From Marsupella aquatica (lineage: Eukaryota; Plantae; Marchantiophyta), in contig OZ316895.1 of the NCBI GenBank assembly GCA_973895155.1, forward strand, positions 12,283,929-12,347,928: a stretch of DNA of 64,000 bases, read 5' to 3'. A program made the translations under genes and the position numbers. Shown here piece after piece: positions 12,164-24,933 of the stretch (positions are counted from its first letter, which is position 1; each line of letters starts with the position of its first letter). The notes beneath the pieces were generated by a model that ran no database searches, was not told where the DNA came from, and worked only from the letters and a program-made list of their open reading frames with translations.

Positions 12164-12788
12164 CATATCTAACCTAGACATAAGAGTAAATACCCAACAA
12201 GGATCCCTTTCGAGTAATTTTTTTGTCTTCATTGTTTTAGCATTTAAGAGGTCACTTTTTGTGAAACCAAGCTTGGATGGACGGGTTAAGCTGGTATGGA
12301 CTTTTACAATTTTGACTCAAAAGTGACTTGTAAAAATCTCCTGATTGTTTACAGCCTGTTTCACTTAAATCTCCCAATCTTCTATGTAATCAGTTGTTTT
12401 CAATTAGTATACCCCATCTTCTATGAAATCAGTGCTCATTGGGGACTTCTTTGGCTTATCCCAATCTCTGTGACAACCAACTTTGGTGTTGACAGCTGTG
12501 GTGCCATGTACTTGAGGATCATTTGATACACAATGGTATCCTGGGTAAAGGTCATGGCAACAAAGCAACTACGACAAAACATCCTTCACTACTTGGGCCC
12601 TCCTACTCAAGGTGTCCTCTACAAAAGTGAGGTGTTTTTTTCCCAAATGTGGTAATTTGTTGCTAGTTGTGCTTCACATCTTTCCAAAAAGTTCATCCAA
12701 AACGCAGCCGGTCCCTTTTCTTTTTCAGTGTAAGCTGGCTCATGACTTATATAGTCCATGGGTACGGGCAGGAACAACATCTATGTCT

Positions 12789-12958
12789 ATCTGAGCTTTG
12801 GGTTTGCTTTTTCTTTTGTTTCTCTTTTCTTGTTTGGGAGGTGGTGCTTATTTTCATTTTTTTTTTTTCTTTGCTTCCATCTGAGCTTTGGGTTTGCTTT
12901 TTGTTTTGTTTCTCTTTTCTTGTTTGGGAGGTGGTGCTTATTTCCAGTTTTTTTTTGT
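12789..12958. repeat. About 91-bp tandem duplication
   Basis: atctgagctttgggtttgcttttt...cttgtttgggaggtggtgcttattt present twice. Confidence 0.85.
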
Positions 12959-13098
12959 TGGTGTGTGGGAAAGCCAGGACTTACTTGCCTGGGGGTTTGA
13001 TGTGCAATTCACCAGTACGCCAACTGAATAGTCAATAGTGAATAGTGGCTGGTTTAGGGTAGGGCTCCTTTGATAGTGGCAGCTGTGGACTAGAAGGA

Positions 13099-13164
13099 GA
13101 CACGTGGTGGGACACTTGGCAGCAGGCCTCGTTTACATTGGCAAAGGGACACTTGGCAATAAAT
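13099..13164 (+). promoter_or_regulatory. Putative ABA-responsive promoter: G-box/ABRE plus two ABRE-like elements and an AT-rich TATA-like box
   Basis: GACACGTGG at 13099-13107, GACACTTGGC at 13111-13120 and 13148-13157, aataaat at 13158-13164, followed by a CT-rich 5'UTR-like tract at 13178-13242. Confidence 0.55.
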
Positions 13165-14355
13165 TGTTGATGGGAGTCCCTCTCAATCCTCACTCCTCGT
13201 CTCCTCTCCTCTGCTTCACTGCTCTCCTCTGCTCTCCTCTTTTGCGAGTTCGGAATCGACTTAATTGCTGATATTTTCTGTCACTTCTGCTCAGCTCTCG
13301 CAAGTCACGCAAACTGTGATTCTTATTCGTCTCTGCACGTGTCTTCTCCCGATTTGCGAACTGGTCGAGACTCGAAAGTGGTGCTTTCTTTGCGGTGTTT
13401 CTTTTCTGCCACAGAAGTGACGGAGTTCAACAGCCCCTGTTGGGAAGAACCGGAATTCGGGAGGTCGAGGAACGCGAAACATCACGGTAATCATACAAAG
13501 GTGCGTGATCGACATACGAACGACTCTCAGTGGTGTGGTCCTATCGTCAGTGTTGAACGTCTGTTCGTTTTTATCGGTGGTCATTTGTGACATTTTTTAA
13601 TGCACTGCGAATTGTGTTGAAAGGCCCACAGTGGAGAATGAGTCGTCCCTCCTTTCCATCTGTGCCTGATGAGACGGCTGATCAAGTCGGTTGACAATAT
13701 TCTCTCATGATCTTTCTTCAGGGCAATAGTTGCTTTTGATATTGACCCTAGCACTTAGGTCTACTCCACTGTCGGAGTCTTTTTTGCTCATTCCGTCTTA
13801 TCCTCTTGACCTAGTTCACTTCGAGCTGCTGTTGGTTTCGATAGTGTGGAAGTTGTTGTGCATATGGTCGTCTAGTCAGCAACTTGTAATCTATCTCATG
13901 CCATAGTCACTTGTTGGGCCCGTTTATTGCTTGAGCTCATGGCATAGTTTGTTGTCGAAAATTATCATCGCGACAGACTTGTGTCATAGAAAGTAACTTG
14001 TCCATTGTAGTGAGTAAGAGAAAATACTTTTTTTTTCTCGTATCGTTTATTCTCTCAGAGATGAACTTTCGATCATCCAATTGTCTAAAGCTGACTAGGA
14101 ATCAGCTTCCTTTTGTCTCCTGTTCATTTTAGTTGCGTCTCTTGTGCGAGTTCTGTTTTCAGCTCAGCAAAGGATGTTCTCATACATCTGTCCATGACTG
14201 AGAGAGAACTATGTCGTCGTGTATGCGTTTCGCACTTGTTTGTGGAACTGAGTTCTCAAGTGGATCGGCAAAAATTATTTTGCAAGCAACCTACTTGAAT
14301 GGTTGACAGAGTAAGATCTTCCTCATTTTTTGAGCTGGAATTGTTACACAGGATT

Positions 14356-14574
14356 ATGGCCAACCTAACACAGCCTCCTATTTTGGAACCGTCTGGAGAA
14401 CGGTGCGAGGTGCCAAACGCCAAACCGAGCGTATTAAAGAAGGAAGCTAAAGAGCACCCGAAGGGCCCAAACGACGTTGCGGAAGCGCAGAAAGAAACAG
14501 AGCATCAGTACGTCCGCAGTGAGAAAAAGTTGGCCGGGTCTGAATCGAAACAGGATTTACCTCCGAAAGATTGA
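14356..14574 (+). CDS. Putative 72-aa hydrophilic, probably disordered (LEA-like) protein of unknown family
   Basis: Acceptor ttacacag|gattATG. ORF MANLTQPPILEPSGERCEVPNAKPSVLKKEAKEHPKGPNDVAEAQKETEHQYVRSEKKLAGSESKQDLPPKD* is rich in K/E/P and lacks W and F. It lies downstream of the ABRE promoter and an intron-like U-rich region. Confidence 0.5.
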   Translation: MANLTQPPILEPSGERCEVPNAKPSVLKKEAKEHPKGPNDVAEAQKETEHQYVRSEKKLAGSESKQDLPPKD

Positions 14575-17500
14575 TTTGAATTTAAGGGTCCAATCTGATG
14601 CGCCGAATCGGGGACTTTACAGGCGACTTTCAAATTTGAAAGGTATACGGCAGGTCATCTGAATGGGCGTTGAATCTAGGATTGAGAGTTGGGGTCTGAT
14701 ATTTGAAAAGATAATACATCTGGCATGGCGTTGAGTTTACGTAGGCAGACATTGGATTTCAATGGCGAATCTCTCTGTTGTTCTATCAAGCGCTGCTCGA
14801 AGCAGTTGTGCGTATTCTCGCAATCAACACACTTAGTTCTTTACATGAATTATCGTGGCCGCCTCTTCATACATTGTCGTTAATGCTCTCATCGATTATC
14901 CCGCTTTCAAATGAAGGCACTGAAACAAGTGCCACTGTTTGATACTCTCTTTTGAGGAAATTTGACAAGTCCTGTCTGCTAAACCATTGTAACCCTTCAG
15001 CCAGACAAAACATGGCCTCTCTCGCTGGAAGGTTCTATCTGCCTCACATGGGTCAGATTGTTGTGACAATTGCAGAACAGAACTGTAGTAATCCAATAAA
15101 TTATCACTGCATAAGCTCAGCCCACACTCTTATGTATCTTCTTCGCGATTTTGCACACCCTTCACATTAGACGAAAGGCACAAGTTCGTGTGAACGTTTG
15201 CCAAATCACTCAATTCTCTACAGCTTTGAATGCAGGAAAATTGATTGCTTCATACAAGAATCATGGTTTTGAAAGGAGGGAAGTCTGGGAACCATGGACA
15301 CAAATCCGCCATTAAAGCAGAAAGCAGTGAGATGTTCAGAGCTTAGGGTTTTGTGTAGTTGGAGATTATTCATTGTTTTATTTGCATTTTTACAGTCACC
15401 CGATCGACATTTTTGATTGCATTGGTGATTCCTTGTTATTTGTACGCGTATATCAATCTTTACAAATATCATAGTCGCCTGGAAATGTATCCCTTTTCTG
15501 ACATGCCACTCCTGGACAGTTTGTGGCGATCATTGTCTCCGTGAAGAGCTCAAAGAAGTTCTGCAGAGCAGTTTCTCTCTTTTGACTTTAGCAAAGAAGA
15601 AGAGATTTACAGGTTTCTCAAATCAATTTTGCTTTATACAAAATGTAGACCTTTCTTCCATGATGCCTCAGATAATTAATTTGCCACACTTGGAATTAGA
15701 AACTGTCGTCACTGTAGAGCTTGTGTAGACAGACATACGAACTTGTAGTACCTGCCGGTGTACGCGATGGCCCTTATTTAAACAACCCTTTGAAAGTCCC
15801 CTTCGAAGTAGGTAAACTTTTCCTTACCCATTTCCGACCTTGCTGGTTAAAAAGAAATATCTCATGTGTTAGCCATGTGATGAGAAGAGGCATTTGAAAA
15901 AGATGTTATACATCTTTTAGTTTGTTACATGCTATGATTTAATACTTCACGAAAATGACTAAATGCCTCGTGCTTTTTGTCTTACATAAATCTAGAAACG
16001 TGGTCCCCAAAGTGGACTAGCCTTGGCACCTCAATTTCTCTCGGAATGTCTTTGCCTTAGGCACTATGATCTAGACAACCAATTGGATCCGTATAAGTGA
16101 ATTCATACTCTTGCGAGCAGCTCTCGAAAGTGATAGTCTAATTATTCTCCTGAAGTTGGTTCTCACTTATCGCTCGCTCCAGATCCTCAATGCTTAATGC
16201 ACAGAGCATCCCCAAACGGCCACGTTTAAGACACAAAAATTGCCCCAAGATCCCTTACCACAGAGCATCGTTTGTACGCAGCATGAATCCGATCAGTGCT
16301 TCTGAAGGAGAGAAACCTCGACACAACAGAGCGTCGGCAGACTAACCAATTTCATTCGCCTTACCGTATGACACTTATGGAAAAAGTTGCCTCCAGCGTA
16401 CCACAGCAAAGAGGACTGTTGTTGAAAAAAAAGTGTATAGCCTCGTGGTGAGCAAAGAAACGCTTTGGAAGTCAGTACTTGAGTCGTCTTTATTCATTCA
16501 ATCTCCTAGAGGGATATCAGCCCTAGGCATGTGATTGAAAATACAGCAGTACTGCACTGACATTAGCCCTAGAATACAGTAGTACTGCTCTGTTATTGAG
16601 AGAACGCAACCGTAACATGCATCCACGTCCCAAGAGGCAAACTACCACTTTAGAACTTCGTTTCTACACCAAATGAATCTCATTGCAAAACAAAATCATA
16701 ATCAAGACCACGGAAGGTTGTAAAATATTCTAAAAAATACTTCGTTTTCCTTGATACCACAGAGTCATAAAGATGCTCCCCTGTCCCGGTGAAGGGAAAA
16801 CGTAACTTTTGAGTCACTCAATGGGCAACGTACAAATTCTCGAGACAAAATTATCCTTTCTTTCAGTTTTCCTTCTAATCTCTGGTTGAAACTTTAATGG
16901 ACCTCATTGCAATTCGGTCACCTTATTTGTTGTATTTACTACTTTGTATTGCGCTTGTACCTCACGTGTACTCAAATGTCTTCGTTTACCTCAATGTGCG
17001 ATTGCTGTAGAGAATAACATGCATTCAAGTCCCTCCTCCAAAGCTCCTCCAGAGCCAACAATCACTGCTTATGAGTCAGCTTTGCTTAAAGAACGTCGAA
17101 AGTCGAAACTCTTTTCTGTTTGCGGATAGCCATTTTTGGGCAGTTGTCGACCTTTCTGTTAATTGCTTTCTAAGACATTCCTAACCTTAGTTTCATGAAC
17201 CAGGTGCCATCCTTCAGCCATGCATCTGGCTCTGACAATACATGTTGGGTTTTGTCCAATGAGAGTTGAAGTACCAATCGAAGGCAACAGTGTTGCTTCG
17301 CTTGCTGTCCTCTGTCGCTATTATGTCACGGTATTGTGGTGCTACTCCAAGTGCAATCCGGGGTGCGATCAAATTACATCTGTTATATTCTATGTGTGAC
17401 TGCTCTGGAGATTTTTTTTCATTCAAATAAAAAAATTTCGATCGACGAGGTCAACGAAGGGCATTAAAATATGGACGTGGATTTCAGGCTCTTGTCCATC

Positions 17501-20500
17501 ATTGAGTTCATGGCCTTTTCTGCCCACATCTGGAGCGAGCATTCATAGGCATTCGTGGAAACAACGGACTCTCATTGTACTGTATGATGTAAGTACGAAT
17601 GGCCGTCAACTTGGGTGGAGATTGAATGACCTTTCCTAGTCGCCGTATCACTACATTGGTTGGCCCCTTTGTCTGATTGCATGCTGAAGAAGTCGAGAAC
17701 AAGGTGCCAAGCTGTCGTACCGCTGAAGCAAAATACTTGCTGAACAGCTAAACAACACAATCGAGAAATTTCAGGTCTGTTATGTTTTCATAAGGTGTTC
17801 GTTCAGATTCTAAAATTCTCTCTACACCAGCCAACGTACACGTTCCCGAGACAATGAAATCATTCCTTTCACGTCAACTTTTGGGATCTCTCGAAATGTT
17901 AATACATCAGTGGAGTTCTGATCGATCGTCTTACTTGCTATTTTGACTTCGATCAGGTGCACTCAAACATCTGTGTTTCTGTGAAACAAGGTATGATTGT
18001 AGACGTAGAGAACTTGCATTCAAGTACTTCTCCAGAGCCAACATCCACTGCTTATGAAATAGCTTAACCAGCCAGGGTTTATTGTCCATCTAAGCAGATT
18101 CACGAATCAATATGGGCCATGGAATTTTCCTGGTCGTCGTTAGCAGTCTTAGCAGTCGCTCCCTCTTGCCACTCAACTCCTCCGCCTTCTACTAATACAT
18201 AGTCACGATGCGGGCCACCTGTGACGCATTACTTTCTGTCTTGTTTGCAAACTAAAGCCCTTTGACACGACTGTCTCCCAACGGAAGAAATCGAAGAAAG
18301 ATGAAAAGGGAATGATTGAGGAATTTGGACGTTATCAGACTGCGAAAGTCGTCAAAGTGAAAAAATCTAGGTACGGCCGAATCTGAGGTGAAGCACCATC
18401 AAGATATTGTTGAATGATGCGCTAAAGGTGATAAAGTCTTAGCGTTTCTAACTCTAAAGTGGACATGACAGGTCCATTCACGTACCACACGATGATCTAG
18501 TGTACCGGAGCCGAAGAAAAAGGACCAATATACAGGAAAGTGCCCGAGAGGACAATGGAGTAAAAGCAAGAGAGGTAACACCAAAAGCCTTGAAAGTCAT
18601 ACATGTGTATGTATCATGCTGCCAAAGAACAAAAAGGGTCGAAAGACAGGATCTGGAGTCCCACAAATGGGGAGAAAAAGAACTATCTGAAGACCCACCA
18701 AAGAGGAGAAAAGAACTAGAAAACCGAGGAAGACCATGGAGCCCAAAAGCCAAGTGAACGTGTACGTACTCCAACCTGGAAAAGGAATCAAATACCTACT
18801 CCAGTAAATTGAAAAGGCTGGTCACAGGATAGGTCACAGATAGGAACTTGTCTAGACTTGGGTTAATCAAGTGGGGGAGACTCTTCCTCATATCTAACCA
18901 TGGGATCTAAGGAGTGAGGGAGTAGATGCAGTGGGTAATAATAAGAGCTGTGTTCTATTCGCCCCCTCCCCCTATATTTTCTCAGGTTTGGAAAGTAATC
19001 ACACAGATTTGGGGAATGATGGAATCTTGGTTGTAGAACTCAAAGTGACTGGCTCAACCCATCATGGGCTCACACTGGTACTGTCTCTATGGCACAAATG
19101 GGGGTAGTGGGTGGCAGGAGGCCAACGGATAAGAAAGTCTCTAAGGGCAGTGTTTCATCAGCCTTAAAAGAGATTAGTCTTTTAATCTCAAGGAATCTCT
19201 GGCAAGATATGTCTGAGCTGTTTGTACCTTCCTTAGGGGTCTCACTTCATCAAAATAGAACATCCCGTGTGACAAAGCATAACTTGGTCATACTGTCTTT
19301 TCAAGAAGACTTAGTAAGTACTTGTTGGAGGTTCAAGGTTTGCAAAAAAAAAATTGACACATGTCATCATATGGTTGGCTAGGAGTAGTATAAAGTTAAG
19401 AGTGGCACGTGATAGAGATCTGTATATTGATATATTGAGCAAGACCCCCAAGGAAGGTCCATCTCTAGGGTGATAGGACTCCAGCTCCAAAGGGATAGTG
19501 TAGATTCAAAAATATATCATTATTCTGAGGAAGGTCCATCCCTCAAAGAAACAGGACACTATCTCAAAAGTATATTAAGTAACCAAAAACTCTTGAAGTG
19601 TTGAATTGTAGGAATGTGGAGTCTACCCCCACCCCCATTTTAAGTACATCCCTTTCCCCTAGGAAGGAATATATGACTTAGTTTGATTGGGCCAAGATCC
19701 CGATGACAGCACAAAGGAGGTAGTGTCAGTGTCACCATATACTGCCATGGAACCTTGCCCACAGGGTGAGACGACAACGGACATCTTATTGGATGTAAGA
19801 TGATTGTTCATTTGCCCACAGTAGTTCATTTTCATTTGTTCAATTTAGTTTGCATTCTCCATTAGTTTGCATCCACCTTTGGCATGTTTCTTATACATAT
19901 GTTGCAGCTCATGAGGAGAGGAGGTAACTATTTGGTGCATCCTTTGGACAACTTCCTTCTGTGGTTTACAGATGCATCCAGATCACTGGATCTTTATTTC
20001 AATTGTTCTTATTTTGGTACATCCTACCTAATCCTGATACCTTACTGCCAGGTTTGCATTTAGGCATTTTGAATTGTATCCCCGTTTCTATCTAAATTAA
20101 TCCGTGGACCCCCATGTTATTCTAGAAACTGAAGCCTAGATGGACCTCCTAATCTAAAGAAAAAAAATTCAAAAATGGACAAGTCAATGTTTGACACTTG
20201 AAATAGTTGTCAAACTTACCAATGCAACCATAATTAAGATCAGATACAAAACCAGCTTTTAGAACTAAATTTATCAATGTTACGTTCATTAAAAAGCTAA
20301 ATAAATTCTAAAATTCATAATCTCTTTAATACTCAATAAAATCTGTTAATTTTAGTTTCATTCTCATGAAAGGGGTCAACATTTCAGGGGTTGTACAACA
20401 AAGATTTCTATTCACGTTAGAGATTATAAAATCACGGGTAAAAATCTATTTTTCAAAATTATTTACTCAATTCTTATCGAATGGTGACAATGTTGAGCTC

Positions 20501-21571
20501 ATCAGGATCGTCTCTTCAAGATCTTTCCAATGCCATATTATACGTGAGTTTTTATTATGATTTGACTCAACAATGTCAAATCAAAAATTATTGTCGGGAA
20601 AATTTTATGTTTTGAATAACATCAAAATGAAAATAAAACCGTTACTGAGAACAGTTTTACCTCAATTTTTTTACATTCTTTTTTATGGCATGGCGTCCCA
20701 ATTTTTACAGCAAAGTTGCCACAAACACGAATGTAGAAGTTAATTTTATCCAAAAACAAGTCTCTTCCTGTTTGTGGTGTGCCATGATGAGGTGGCGCGC
20801 TGTGGAGCCAAGAATTTTGGAAAGGACCTCTAATGGGGTCCGTAAATAGACAAAGACAAAATAGAAAACCCAACTCAGGGGGTGGCTTCCGTGGAAGTAA
20901 TCTATCACGTGCTACAGAATATAAGGTTTTTAGAATCATTTTGAGGAAGACTTCTAAAAAACTGAGTGGAAAGGAAGGGTTTGAAAATTGGAAAGTGTCA
21001 TACAGTGTCATCACATAATTGGTGTTGTACAACTTTATTTAAAGTTGTTAAGGGGGTCATGAATAACCCGAACTGTCGCATGTGACGTATTGCCCTCCAT
21101 ATAGTGACCCCCCTCAAGAAACTAAAAAGATAAGGATGGACAAAGATCACAATTTTGAGGGTGAGTACTTGAACTTTCTAGAATCTTTAGGCCACTTCCA
21201 TCTTTTGCAAGGTAAAGTGGAGAATTACTTGATGACGTCGACGCAATAAAGTTTTTGGGCTTTTCTCAGTCTTTCTCCTGCCTTTTTCCCAAGAACAACC
21301 ATTTTCTAAAAATAAATTGATGGGGGTGCAAAACATAGCTTCTTCCTTAATGGGGGTTTACATTTAAAATTTACTTAAGATGGATTGAATATCACTTCAA
21401 ACTAAATGAATCTGTTGCCCATCTTTTTTACAAGAGTTAAAGTAAGTCACATGGTCTAACCAAATGAGTGATCTTAACCATCTGGCACCATGTGCGGGGC
21501 ATGGGACTCAAATGAGGATTGAGGTCAATATGTCATCAGTTTCAACAGTAGATTGGCTTGTCTCTGTATAG

Positions 21572-21573
<2 letters not shown>

Positions 21574-21619
<46 letters not shown>
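21574..21619. repeat. (TC)n microsatellite
   Basis: Uninterrupted tctctc run. Confidence 0.95.
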
Positions 21620-21620
<1 letters not shown>

Positions 21621-22753
21621 ACAATATGAGTGGGTTTAACCATATGGTACAGTGCCTGAATGAGGATAGAGCTTAACTCCGTCATATGTCTGAACAGTAG
21701 CCTAAGCAGCTTGTTTACTCAATCAACAAGGATAATCTATTCTTTCAATTTCACTATAGGGTAGTTCATTGATTTCAAACCTTCAAGTCTTTGGTCTTCC
21801 TGATTTTGTCCTTGTGTTCTCCCCTTTATTGAGTCCCAGTTTGGCTTTTTTGGATCCTTGGCATTGTTGTGTATATTTAAGCCTGTTATAAACAATTAAG
21901 GATTAAGGATGAAGGATATTTATTACTAGCAAGGCAGATGGTATCCTTAGCGAATCACAGCCATCCACCAGTTCAAATAAACTTTTTCAAATGCCGCTTT
22001 GAACTCAAGTAATATCTCTCCAGGACACAGTACTATGTACCTTAACCCTTAGTTGACCCACAACTCAGATAGACCACTGCAACCCAGATGGACATTTCCA
22101 AACATTGCCTTGAACTCAAATCATATCTTCCCTGGATACACTAGGAGATTGATAGATGAATGGATGAGTACATGCATGGCTGTAAGAGAGTGTCAGAGTC
22201 CATGTTTTAATACTTTGGGGTATGGCTCTATGGCCTTATTGGAATGGATATAATCATTTCCAGGAGAAGGGGATGAACGGATCAGGGAATTGTGTTCTAC
22301 AATGGAAGGCTCTTATTTAGGGTTTAAGAATCACTTGTGGTATAATAAGTGGGGCCAACACCTGGATTGCCTGGTGGACTGGTGGGCTCATTGGCAGGCT
22401 TTCCTCATGCTCAGGGGGGAGGGGGGGGGGGGGGGCAGGCTCAAAGCCTTCCATTGGCCCTCTTGCGGGCCGCCCTCAATCTGGCTCTCCACATGTCCTG
22501 TTTAAGGGAAGGGTCCATGAAAGTACAGCAGTATTCTTGTTTGCTCTCATCTTACAAATATTTTTATGATTGGTATGAAAAAGTGTACAGGAGTTTCTGA
22601 GAAATAACTTGCTGACATTACAAGTTCTGATTGGCTATGACAAGGGATTAGTTAATTAAGCAAAGCACACATTTACAAAAAATGGGATTGTTAAACCCAC
22701 TTGTAGTTTCACTAAATATCTGTATCCCCCCATCCTCTTCTCCCAAGATGTTT

Positions 22754-23190
22754 CTATTTGTTTACCTTTGTGATGGTGTGCCAAATGTATTCCAATGACA
22801 TTGCCGCAAAGACCAGCGGAGTATAAAGAAACTCAAAACCCAAAACACATGTCAAACGAGTACATGAGAGCCAAGGACTGCCCAAAGGTCCCAAAGAACA
22901 CCCAAAACAACAGCCATCTGCCAGGAGGGACAACCACCATAACACAGCCTGGGCGCCAGAGGGAGGGGGAGTACAAACTAGCAAAAGCAAAGCAGAATGC
23001 CGGTTCAACAGTAGCTCCCAAGCAATACAGCGATGCAAATCATTCGTTGTGCAAGGGGCACTAATGCAGCTGTCCGTGTTCCCTGTAACAATCCAAAGTC
23101 CCACATGCATGTTGTATGATCTCCACCCCCCCTCCACACTGTCTCTCAAGATGGTTACCAGCCGATCCCTCATGTCTGTCCTCAAGCACT
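22754..23190 (-). mobile_element. LINE 3' end fragment related to the 3183-3937 element
   Basis: Minus-strand ccgctggtctttgcggcaatgtcattggaatacatttggca resembles the 3' UTR of the first LINE (ccactggtctttgccgcggtggccattttaataaattgcca), with similar G/T-rich UTR composition. Confidence 0.5.
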
Positions 23191-23253
23191 AAGGCAAAAA
23201 GATTTTGCTCATATAAACTATTCTAGAATGATATTCATGGTGAAGGAACAATA

Positions 23254-23605
23254 GGGTGTGTCAAAGTTCTCCCATAAGCAAAGTGTTATGGGCTGAAACC
23301 ATTTAGAGGTAAGATTCTTATGGGGCTAGTAGTATCTAGGCAGCCCGTAACTCATTCCTTTGTGGCCATAAAACACTTTTATGACCTTGGCCGTATCTGA
23401 TTTATGCCGTTGTTTTGACATGCCCTGATTGCTTTTCTATGCCAAAGCAGCCTATGAAGCTTCCTTACGGGCATGTCTTATGGATGTCTGTCAAAAACAA
23501 AAGGACAGAACACTGATTTTGGAGTACCTAATCATTGTGTCTGTAAACCATAAGGTTACAAAACAATTGAGTTAATGACTCTGAGCTTTGACTTTTGAGA
23601 CACCC
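23254..23605. mobile_element. MITE, probably Tourist/PIF-Harbinger-like
   Basis: TIR gggtgtgtcaaa / tttgagacaccc with 1 mismatch; flanked by ata and taa. Confidence 0.6.
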
Positions 23606-23608
23606 TAA

Positions 23609-23997
23609 GAGCACTCCTACCGGTCGACAATTGGGCCTAGCCGGGGTGAATATAGTGGGACCAGCACTTGGGTTTTGAAACCCCTACCGTGCCCCAGTCT
23701 GCGCACCCAAGCATCCTAGCCCACTGTTCTTCCCTGAAGACCAGCAGTCCTGCGCTCCACAAGCTACCAGAACGAGCCCACCAAATGATTGCCGCCCGCA
23801 AAAGGCCCTCTCACTTTCAATTGAGCTTCCGAGTGCTGGCAGTTTTTGGTGAGTGTATATGGAAGGCGGGACTGGTTGGCAAGCTCATTGGAGCCTTCAC
23901 AAAGTCAGATGCACACAAAGTCAGATGCACAGGGGCATCATCAGCTCACTAAACTCCTCTATGGTGGGCTATTTGGTGTGCACCAGTGGGAGAGCTC
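23609..23997. mobile_element. Tourist (PIF/Harbinger) MITE
   Basis: TIR gagcactcctaccggt / accagtgggagagctc with 3 mismatches; TAA on both sides (23606-23608 and 23998-24000); GAGCA terminus typical of Tourist. Confidence 0.75.
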
Positions 23998-24373
23998 TAA
24001 TGAGGCAATAACCAGCATTTTTTAATGGCCAAAATTTGCCAAATTACACTTCACTTGAGAGTCTTGGCCACTTTTGGCAAAAATTAGCACTGTTTTTGTT
24101 TGGTCTCCCATCACCCAGTTTGCCACCTAACCACCAACCCCGCTTGAAAGAATCTCACACTGATTCTTCCCAGGGGAGATCTAACGATCATCATAATTTA
24201 ATCATAACATAGCCTAAGAAATCTCCAAAGCATCTTCTCCTTCAAACAAGGTCGAAATTCGCCACCCTGGCCATGAGGCAGAAAGTAAAAAACCTTTAAA
24301 AAATTGCTTTGCAATAACCCAAACTAGCAAGCATGCCCTCAAATCTTCTCGTACGGCCATGTATGAACTGTTT

Positions 24374-24513
24374 CATCCATCCATCCATCTACCCATCCAT
24401 CCATCCATCTACCCATCCATCTATTCATCCATATACCCATCTACCCATCCATCCATCCATCCATATACCCATCTACCCATCTACCCATCCATCCATCCAT
24501 CCATCCATCCATC
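24374..24513. repeat. Degenerate (CCAT)n microsatellite
   Basis: catccatccatc units interspersed with tacc. Confidence 0.9.
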
Positions 24514-24933
24514 ATGCATCAATCTCCAGACCGTATCCAGGATGCGCATGAGTACATGACAGACTCGGTGCATGCAGCCGGCGTAGTGGCTGAGCAGATA
24601 AGTATCGTGGTCATGTTGCCTTTTCCGTTTTACCCGCACGAGAATGGGAATCCCGTGGATCGGGACTACTACCGCTGGACACTCCTATAACGTACCAATA
24701 CTAATACTATACTATGTTACAGTATACCATATTACAGTCTTCCTCCTGTAGCCTTTCAGAGCATAGTAATATGCTCTCGCCGATTTTTCCTTCGACATTA
24801 GTAAACCACGAGCCCTTTTTCTGCTTTTTTTTTGTTTTTTGTGGAGATTTTTATTTATTTATTTTGATTTTATCTCCCATGAAACCTATAAACGGGAAAC
24901 TGAAACCAGGATGGACCACTGTGTTCGACATAA

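Larger units (their letters stand above)
7360..12199 (-). mobile_element. Degenerate Ty1/copia LTR retrotransposon (Tork/Tnt1-like lineage) with an internal deletion
   Basis: Termini TGTTG...CAACA flanked by the identical 5-bp AGGAT at 7355-7359 and 12200-12204. Gag-pol lies on the minus strand in copia order (gag, PR, IN, RT). Confidence 0.92.

Noticed and set aside
17700-17720. gtgccaagctgt resembling miR536
   Set aside because: Only 12 nt match and no complementary star arm is visible nearby.
18408-20090. Possible long gypsy-type solo LTR
   Set aside because: LTR-like composition and a TGTTG start, but no clear CA end, TSD, PBS or coding remnant could be established.
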